DNA from: Callorhinchus milii
Lineage: Eukaryota
Reading direction: 5' to 3'
NCBI RefSeq assembly: GCF_018977255.1
Contig: NW_024704742.1
Coordinates: 123,258,001-123,322,000, forward strand
DNA: 64,000 nucleotides
Made by a program: the position numbers and the translations under genes. The notes beneath the pieces were generated by a model. The model was given only the letters and a program-made list of their open reading frames with translations, was not told the DNA's origin and searched no databases. Below are positions 55,200-64,000 of the stretch, in pieces. Every line of letters begins with the position of its first letter. Within the stretch, counting starts at the first letter, position 1.

Positions 55200-55852
55200 C
55201 ATCGCACACAGACCCAGAGAGAGAGACGCACAGAGAGGCACATGCACTCACAGACACACACACACTTTGACACAGAGAGAGTCGCACACACTCAGAGGCA
55301 CAGAGAGATATATACACACACACACACACGCAAAGACACAGAGAGACACGCACGCTCAGACACAGAGAGACACGCACTCTCAGACACAGAGAGACACGCA
55401 CTCTCAGACACAGAGAGACACACACGCTCAGACACAGAGAGAGTCACACGCTCAGACACAGAGAGACACACACGCTCAGACACAGAGAGACACGCACGCT
55501 CAGACACAGAGAGACACGCACTCTCAGACACAGAGAGACACACACGCTCAGACACAGAGAGAGACACACACGCTCAGACACAGAGAGAGTCACACGCACA
55601 CGCTCAGACACAGAGAGACACACGCACAGGCTCAGACACAGAGAGAGACACACGCACATGCTCAGACCTGGAGAGAGAGAGACACACACTCACGAGACAC
55701 ACATAGAGAGACGCATACAAACAAACACACAGGAGAGGGAGTTACAGACATACGCACACACACTCACAAATGCATACAGAGACATACACACAGACAATTA
55801 CACATATTCAAGCACTCCCACACACAGACACAAATACACAGAGAGACACACA
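55200..55852. repeat. (CA)/(GA)-derived minisatellite, ~22-bp unit cacgctcagacacagagagaca, in a low-complexity tract
   Basis: Seen directly; core array ~55335-55680. Confidence 0.95.
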
Positions 55853-56217
55853 GTCGATCACCACGGGGTGCCTCCGAGTAAAGCCCATTTGTTGCTTATG
55901 CCTCACCACGCATGCACATCCGGAGCAGCCTTGCCTGCAGTGAAGTCGGGTGAAGAGCCAAGAGGCCCGCGGGCCAGAAACTACAGTTATAGTGGGTTTG
56001 TAGCAGAGGAAGGTGTTTGTGGTGAATTTCATGGAAAAAGCAGCCACACTTCTATTGGCCCAGTTTATAAGTGAACCTACATTATAATGGGGTTCCACTC
56101 TATTTAATAATAATTCTTACTATATAACCCTCCTTATGTGCTGTCTAATTGGTAGTGAAAGTGGCAAGCTAAGATGTCTTCACCTATTTTGAAAGTTTTT
56201 TCCCAAACAGCCCAAGT

Positions 56218-56541
56218 AATAATAATAATAATCCTTGCATTTGATATAGCGCTTTTTACGTCGAAAGGACGTCCCAAAGCGCTTCACAGAACACACTGTA
56301 AAGTGAATTGACTGTAAATTTGTGGGCGAACGCGGCAGCCAATTGCGCGCAGCAATGTCCCACAAACAGTCGTAGATTGAAAATGACCAATTTTATTATT
56401 GTTTTTGGTTTTGGAGGGATTATTATTAGGCTCTGTGTGGAGTAAGGAAACTTGCCCAAGGTTTCGCCCTCTGCCTGGAATTGAACTCTGGTCTCTCGCT
56501 TGCAAAGCGAGTGCTCTAACTACTGAGCTACAGGACTCCAC
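56218..56541 (-). mobile_element. Full-length young tRNA-Deu SINE
   Basis: Complete match to the family. Confidence 0.93.
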
Positions 56542-56940
56542 AAGTACAGCCCCGAGAATTGTGGAAAGAGGGTAGAAGGTATGCAATGAAGATGGCTTGG
56601 AACACAGCCGTTTTGACTTGCGTGTGAAGCAGAAATTGTTTAAAATTGATTTTAACGTGTATTCATACTGTATTTCAATGTATATGGTTAACTTTGAATT
56701 TAAGCTAAGTTTCATAAATATAAAATGGAAACAAAGTTGAGGACATTTAGTTGCTTCATTTTGAACTAGTTTCTAAAATCGCTCATTGACATTTAGATCA
56801 ATACAAAGGTAATTTCCTTTTCATGTTTTTGTGTTTGTTGTTAAATTAGTGAGAATTTCTCATTTAATATGTTATTTAATTTATTTAGGGGAGAAATCCA
56901 TACAGTACTATGTTTTCTTCTGGGTCTTTAACCATCAACA

Positions 56941-57241
56941 TGGAGTCCTGTAGCTCAGTGGTTAGAGCACTCGCTTTGCAAGCGAGAGACCTGGGTTCAA
57001 TTCTTGGCAGGGTAAAACCTTGGGCAAGATTTTTTACGCCTGACAATAATCCCTCAAACAAAGGCAATAATAAATTGGTTATTTCAATCCATGACTGTTT
57101 GTGGGACATTGCTGTGCGCAATTGTCTGCTGCATTTCGCCCATAAATATACAATTAATTCACTTCACAGTATATTCTGTGAAGCGTTTTGAGACATCTAG
57201 AAGCTGTGAAAAACTCTATATCAAATGCAAGGATTATTATT
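56941..57241 (+). mobile_element. Full-length tRNA-Deu SINE, more diverged
   Basis: Head, core and tail present. Confidence 0.9.
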
Positions 57242-59053
57242 AACATGTAGCGAGGTTGTAAGTACAGTAATACATTTCATTTGAAGTGTTGAGTCTTGTG
57301 AATTAAAAGGAAAACTGAGATAATCTTATTCTGTTTTTAAAAAAACATGTTATAAGAAGTCTGCATGTGCTAAAGGGACATTGCACAACTGCTTTCTACC
57401 ATGAATACAAGAGGATATGACTCGGATTCAGCATGTACTCCTACCTTTGGGAAATTCATTCTTGCGTTACTCGGTTTGTTCTGTGGTATTCTTTGCATTC
57501 GGATTAAAGAGCGTTTGAAAACTATGGGTACTGGAAACGGTAGGAAATGATGCAGATGTGTTATCGTACATTGTGTAATTTAGCCTTCTGTAGATGAAGA
57601 TGCTTGCAAACTTGTTTTATGTTCCATTAGGGTTAGTATCTTTTGATGTATGAAATATGTGAAGGGTGACAGAGAAACTGGTTTTGAATCCATTTCAGGT
57701 TTATTCTGAACAAATTCTAAAATTGCCAGGTCATTGTAGCAATACAAATTTCAGGGTTTGAATTAATTGTGCTGATGCTTTCTTGAATATCCAGCAATCC
57801 ACCAAAGAAAATCCTTTTGTTTGAGGGAAGATGCTTCGTTATATAAGGAGGCATGGAGCTATTTGATGTGAGGGACACCTTCCAAAGTATATGTTTTTAA
57901 ATAGTGTTTAAAGATATGGTGGCTTTATCCTCTTCTTACCAATGGTAAGTAGGATGCGTATCTCCAGTAAAAACATGTTCATGGGAATTTCTGTTTATGT
58001 GTAAGTGACATGTAAGGACCCCTATGGTTTGGATACTCTTAAACATGCTGGTGCATACGTTTGACCAGCAAGCTCCTACTTTTGATGTGCTGCCAATCGA
58101 CTTGCAAATATTATTCCAAAAATAATTATTTTCTAAGGCATTGGTAAACATGGAACCAAACTGAAATACCTACTTCAAAATAATAAAACAGTTGTAAAAT
58201 GGGTTAGTATTAACTCTTGTCTATTTTGGTTGCTACATGTTTGTGCATATCTGTAAAAAGTGTGTCAATATTTGACTTGATAATTTCAGTAACACAAATA
58301 GGATGGACGCCAATATTCAGTTTTCAATTGGTTTGAAAGGCTTGCTTTCAAGCTAATGTCAGGCAGTTTGGAACTAAATTTTACCTTCATCCCCTTCCCC
58401 AGGCAATGAAGTACAGGGGGAAAGTGTGTATAGTTTGTGTTTCAAATAAGAAAGTGAGAACTAAGATGCATTTAAATGGTTAAATATAGATTTAAAAAAT
58501 AAAAATCTTCTTAAGTTAGCCCACTTTTAAGATTTTTTAAACTTTTTTTTACTCAAACATTGACTGACATCCGAGAAATCTTATCATCTGAATATCAGAA
58601 GATTTGGTTCTTTGTTCCTTCTTCAGCGGCATGTGGAGATGGGCTGTAGAATTTTTGCTTGTCTCAATACTTTATGCTGAACCTTGGAAAATTACAGAGA
58701 GAAGTTAATGTTGACTGGCATAGGAAATGACAATGTAATTCTGATATCTTCTGAGGTTGAGCAAATCTTTTACTTTTCCCTGTGTAAAGAAATGAATAAT
58801 ACTTCCTCTTAGGTTAAATGATGAAATGTCAATTTTGTTTTCACTAAATTAATTCAAATTTACAATTCAGATTTGCATTGCATCTCAGAAGTAACCTCAC
58901 TTTAAAATGATATGCTAGCTTACACAAACATAAACATGAATTTAGAACATGGCAATTTTACCTTTGAGTGTTTGACAAGTATGATTGGAGAAAACATCAG
59001 AAGCCGTTTCAAATAATGCTGATTAAAAATATTATTTGAAACTGCACCAACCG

Positions 59054-60249
59054 TGATAAGAGTTTTTTGATGAAGGTAGGCAGTTGATGTAGTTTATATG
59101 GATTTCCAAAAGGCATTTGATACAGTGCCACATAAGAGACTTGTAAGCAAAATAGAAGCCCACGGTCTTAAAGGGACAGTGGTATCATGGATACAAAACT
59201 GGCGGAAGACAGAAAGCAGAGAGTGATGGTGAACGGTTGTTTTTCTGACTGGAGGGAAGTGTGCAGTGGTGTCCCCCAGGGATCAGTATTGGGACCACTG
59301 CTGTTTTTGATCTATATAAATGACCTGGACTTGGGTATAGGGAGTACAGGTTCCCAGTTTGCAGATGATGCTAAGCTAGGGAAAGTAGTAAACAGTGAGG
59401 AGGATAGTAGCAAACTGCAAGAGTACATCGACAGACTGGTAAAATGGGCCGACACGTGGCAGGTGAAGTTTAATGTGGAGAAATGCTAAGGGATGCATTT
59501 GGGAGGAAGAATGAGGAGATATGAGCTATATGGTAGAATCTTAAAGGGGTTAAAGGAACAGTGAAACCTGGGGGTTCGTATCAGTAAATCTTTGAAGGTG
59601 GCAGGACAGGTAGATAAAGCTGTTTACAAATGCATACGGGATACTGGGCTTTATAAATAAGGGCATAGAATACAAAAGTCAGAAGGTTATGATGAACCTT
59701 TACAAAACACTGGTTAGGCCTCAGCTAGAGACTGTGTTCAGTTTTGGGCACCACACTTTAGGAAGCATGTCAAGGAGATTTACCAGGATAGTACCAGGAA
59801 TGAGGGACTTTCAGATATCAGGCGAGGCTAGAGAAGCTAGGATTATTCTCTTTGAAGCAGAGAAGATCAAGAGGAGACTTAATAGAAGTTTTCAAAATTA
59901 TGAGGAGATTTGATAGGGTGAATAAGGAGAAACTATTTCCACTGGCGGGTGGGTCGGTAACCCGAGGACACCGATTTAAAATAGTTGTTAAAAGAACAGA
60001 GGGGAGGTGAGAAGATTTTTTTTCACATGGCATGTTGTTCGGATCTGGAATGCATTGCCTGAAAGGATGGTGAAAGCCAATTCGGTAACAATTTTTAAGA
60101 GAGTAGATAATTATTTAGGGAGGACAATTTTTTTAGGGTTATGGGGAGAGCGTGGGGGAGTGGGACTGATTTGGATATTTCTTTTCAAAGAGCCGATACA
60201 GACACGAAGGGCCGAACGGCCTTCTTCAGTGCTGTTTGATTCTATGATT
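59054..60249 (+). mobile_element. CR1 LINE 3' portion, same subfamily as 27709-28862
   Basis: [46 protein letters not shown], 3' hairpin and gattctat tail. Confidence 0.94.
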
Positions 60250-62197
60250 GTGCTTGAGGAGACTTTATAATCTGCTTAGGTTATATTTTAGTTTGATTTT
60301 ATAAAATTAGTTATTTGCTAAAGTACTCTAGACTTGAGCTGAGTTTAAAAATGTTCTGATTTTCAGTGTATGTGACCTGAGAGTGTTGGAAACCAACACT
60401 AGCAAATGTTTAATTCCTTCACTTTGATGAGAATGATGAATCCAGTCTCTCCCCCACCATTATGAATCTCTCGAGTATGAATTTCTTATCTGGAGTATGT
60501 CATAAGAATATTTAATAACTTGTCAGCCTGGCACATTGATATGAGTTAATAGTGCTGGGGGTGTGCTGCAATGTCAGAAGTGCCGTCCTTTGGATGAGAC
60601 ATTAAACTGAGGCCCCACTTACCTGTTCAGGTTGGATGTTAAAGATCCCATGGAACTACAGTATTTGGAAAGAGAGGGGAGTTTCTCTTCGTGTCCTGGC
60701 CAAAAATCTCCACAAAATAAAGTTGGTCATTCACCTCATGGCTGTGTGGAAATTGGCTGTCACATTTGCCCACAAACCACACAGTCACTACACTTTGCAA
60801 TACATCCTGTGAAGTACTTTGAAACATCCTCCCAGTGTGAAATGTGCCCTACCAAATGTAAGGGTTATTATAAAAAAATTCATATTTATGTTGCTTTAAT
60901 GTTGCTATTTATAAAATGATTTTCAGTGGAAGTTGCACACATACTTCTGTTCCAAATAAGAGTTTTAAACCAGTTAAATGTCATGGACAAACTCTTTCAG
61001 GAACTGAAACTAACTGTGTTGTAAGACGGCACATGCAGCTGGATTGCGTTACATGTTTGCCGTCCGGTTGGCAGTTAGCAGTTAAGAAACTGAAAAAAAC
61101 TGAAAGTGTTACATAACCTGGAGAATTACACACATCTATTGCTTATTTTCATTTTTTCTCTTAGCTTTATTTTGAACGTCAGGAAAATTCGTAAAATTCT
61201 TAAATTTATCTATGGGGGGATATTTTATGCACATAATCTATGGAAAAAGCATGCAAAGAGAAAGCGCTATTTGATCCATCAAGCTTGTTCCTTCCACACC
61301 CTTTCTGAGGATATAAATACTCCCTGAACACAAAATCTATCAAACAGTAATTCAGAATAAATGTGTGATTTGCTTTGAGGCTTTTTATGGGGCAGTGTGC
61401 AAATTGCCTACATATGTACTGCGATTCTCTGAAGCGTGTTGAGATGTTCTTGACATTATAAACAGTAAATAAAATGCGAGGATTATTATTTATTATTAAT
61501 CATTTTCATTGGGAGTCTGTTTGAACACTGTCCTGAAGAACATGCAAATATTTGATACTGTAATTTTAAAGCCGTTCTCTTTCACCACTCAATTCAGTAG
61601 TTTCTTTAGATTTGCTGTTCATTCCCCTTCACATCTTATAAATCATCTTTTCTTCCATCTTTGAGAGTCTCGGTGTAAACTAGGGCCGGAGGTGTTTGTC
61701 TCACGCTAATGCATCATTGTTCATTGGTACGTACGTTCCCAAAATTCCCTACAATATTCAAACGTGCTCTCGCTTGTGATCAATTTAGCGTTGTGTATTT
61801 TATTATTTTGTGAAAAATTTACAGTCCTGATATGTGATTAGGTTTGTTTGCCTTCACGTTGACATGAGGAAACTGCTAAATGTTTTGTAGTGGAGACTGA
61901 GTAACGCATGATTTGTTTCCCTGTCCTGCTTACTCATTGTTCACCTCTTGGTTCTGATTGACATACCTCCAGCCTAGAATACTGACGGGCTTCCTGCTTC
62001 AGGGCTCCCAATATTGTCACTATTGTCATTGATGATATCCTGGCTAGAATAACGAATGGGGTTTACAGCAATTTAATTCCTTTCTCTTTCCCCCTCTCCC
62101 CAAATGCGTTGTCTAATAACTCCATGATGCAGTTATAGCAAACATTATCACTGACGAGCACAGCTGAGGTCAGGAGCACTCCGGGGAAACGGGCTTC

Positions 62198-62422
62198 AAA
62201 CAACAACAACAACAAGAAGATTTCATTTATAGAGCGCCTTTCACGTCGGGAGGATGTCCCAAGGCACTGGACAGTTGGGTCGGGACCCGAGCATTGGGGG
62301 GAAATGGTCAGGGTGAGGGTAAGGGAAGGAGGGAGCGAGGAGGGGGTAGAGAGTTGAGAGGGGAGCTAAAGGCACGGTCGAAGAGAAAGGTCTTGAGACC
62401 GGCCTTGAAGGAGGAAAGGGAA
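62198..62422 (-). mobile_element. L2 LINE 3' end
   Basis: (caa)n tail; matches 27228-27440. Confidence 0.88.
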
Positions 62423-62620
62423 ATCAACTATGTCAACAACTTGCATGTATATAGTGCCCTTCACACGGGGCAGAGTCTCGGACCGCTTGCCCTACACTGG
62501 TGTCATTTTTTGTTGTTGTGATTTAGTACTGCTGCAATTTGTGTTTGCTGTGATTATTTGATTAATGTTTAAAATATGTTTAATTTTAAAAATTCTTATT
62601 TTTCAGTGACAGCCATAAAC

Positions 62621-62687
62621 ATGTTTGGCCAGTGGAGATGGTTACGGTTATGCCTATTCCTTCAGCTGAACATATATTTTAAGGCTG
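62621..62687 (+). CDS. IL6ST: Signal-peptide-like first coding exon (MFGQWRWLRLCLFLQLNIYFKA+G), probably IL6ST/gp130; exon starts at 62607
   Basis: Acceptor ttatttttcag| at 62606, 14 nt of UTR, ATG in aacATG context, 67 coding nt, phase-1 donor CTG|gtgagt. Same layout as the human IL6ST leader exon, and IL6ST follows ANKRD55 on the same strand in human. Gene identity is inferred, since no mature-protein exon is in the window. Confidence 0.65.
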
Positions 62688-62939
62688 GTGAGTAAAGGAG
62701 AATTGAGTGCAGATTTTCAATTTGTGATTGTATGATACAGTTTTTGATACTGGGTAATTTTGTGATGCCCTTGCAGATATCAGAAGTCTTTATGACTTTG
62801 TTGATTTACTGTATAAATGAAACCGTACAGGACAATGTTTGATAGATCGTTTATTCATTAATTAAAATGTTTTTTTTGTTAGTTAGACGTGGGGGAGGAG
62901 GGAGAATTTGACTTGAACGATAAATTTGGTGAATAGTGG

Positions 62940-63710
62940 GAAGTAATGTGATGCATTCATCCAAAAATCTGCTTAAAATACCGTCCATCACTCCTGTCCT
63001 CTCCAGGCTCACTGACTCTCAGCAAATCGACTTCAAGATTCTCACCATCACCTACAAATACATTTACACCCTTGCATTTCCCTACCTTGTGGAGTCCTGT
63101 AACTTAGTGGTTAGAGCACTCGCCTCGCAAGCGAGGACCTGGGTTCAATTCCCATGCAGCACGAAACGTTAGACAAGTCTCCTTACTCCATATGCCTCTG
63201 TTTACCTAGCAGTAAGTAAGAACCCGGTTGTTAATCGATTGGCAGGTTGCTTTTCCGGGGCTAATAATCCCTTCAAAAATAAAAATAATAATATGGTAAC
63301 TCAATCACCAACCGTTTGGGACACTGCTGTGCGCAATTGGCTGCCGTGTTTCGCCCACAAAATATATGGTCAATTCACTTTACAGTATATTCTGTGAAGC
63401 GCTTTAAGACGGCTCGAATATTACATCAAATACCAGGATTATTATTATTTCTCTTAACTTCTCCAACCTCCCCTTCCTTGCAAAGTCCCAGAATGCGTTG
63501 TTGCAAATCTACGCCCCGAGGCTCTGGAGCTCCCTCACTCCCTTCGCCTCACCCCCTTTCTTCCTAATTTCAGGTCTCGGCTGACCTTTCTTTTCGACCG
63601 CACCTTCCTCCCCCTCCCCCTGGCTCGGCCCCGGGATCCATTACTGTGAAGAGCTCTGAGACACCATCTGGCATGGCGGGCGCCATATAAATCCAAGTTG
63701 TTGTACTGCT
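62940..63710 (+). mobile_element. Old L2 fragment with a nested long-subfamily SINE (63089-63449)
   Basis: L2 sequence (ITPVLSRL...IDFKIL...PYL) resumes after the SINE tail and ends in an L2-type tail at ~63700. Confidence 0.8.
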
Positions 63711-63859
63711 TCTCTCCGCTCGTCAAACTGAGGCTTGCTGAGCATCTCCCACCCCCTCTTCCCCAGCATTGACCTTTAACTATTACGAGGCACTCTCTGA
63801 CACTCTACCCCGCCATATTATCGACTCTTACCTGTCTTCAAACAATGCCTAAATACCTA

Positions 63860-64000
63860 TAATAATAATAATCCTTGCATTTGATATAGCGCTTTTCACG
63901 TCGGGAGGACGTCCCAAAGCGCTTCACAGAACACACTGTAAAGTGAATTGACTGTATATTTGTGGGCGAACGCGGCAGCCAATTGCGCACAGCAATGTCC
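63860..64000 (-). mobile_element. tRNA-Deu SINE 3' half, cut by window edge
   Basis: Identical to the young family tail. Confidence 0.93.

Noticed and set aside
55189..56074. Several long repetitive ORFs (SDTERH / TQRDTH)
   Set aside because: Translations of a CA/GA minisatellite.

Overview
Repeat-rich vertebrate genomic DNA. The SINE/LINE repertoire (tRNA-derived Deu-domain SINEs, L2 and CR1 LINEs) fits a cartilaginous fish, probably a chimaera; this is an inference. The first third holds the last six coding exons of ANKRD55 on the + strand (9515-20271), spliced by hand into one open frame; earlier exons were not found in the window. A CpG-island promoter at ~47.0-47.6 kb ends its first exon at a strong donor (47248). 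A short exon at 62607-62687 encodes a signal-peptide-like segment, most likely the first coding exon of IL6ST (gp130), given exon architecture and the human ANKRD55->IL6ST order. Between the genes lie a diverged tandem duplication of a ~1.1 kb non-coding unit (38.8-41.0 and 43.9-45.3 kb) with minus-strand exon signals, a candidate divergent spliced lncRNA, and a ~1.1 kb C-rich/G-rich 34-bp minisatellite abutting the promoter. There is also a TA-flanked MITE-like element with 104-bp inverted arms and a pre-miRNA-sized hairpin. Most remaining sequence is SINE/LINE debris, and most listed ORFs are artefacts of it. No demonstrably new biological system was found; the duplicated unit and candidate lncRNA are the best leads.
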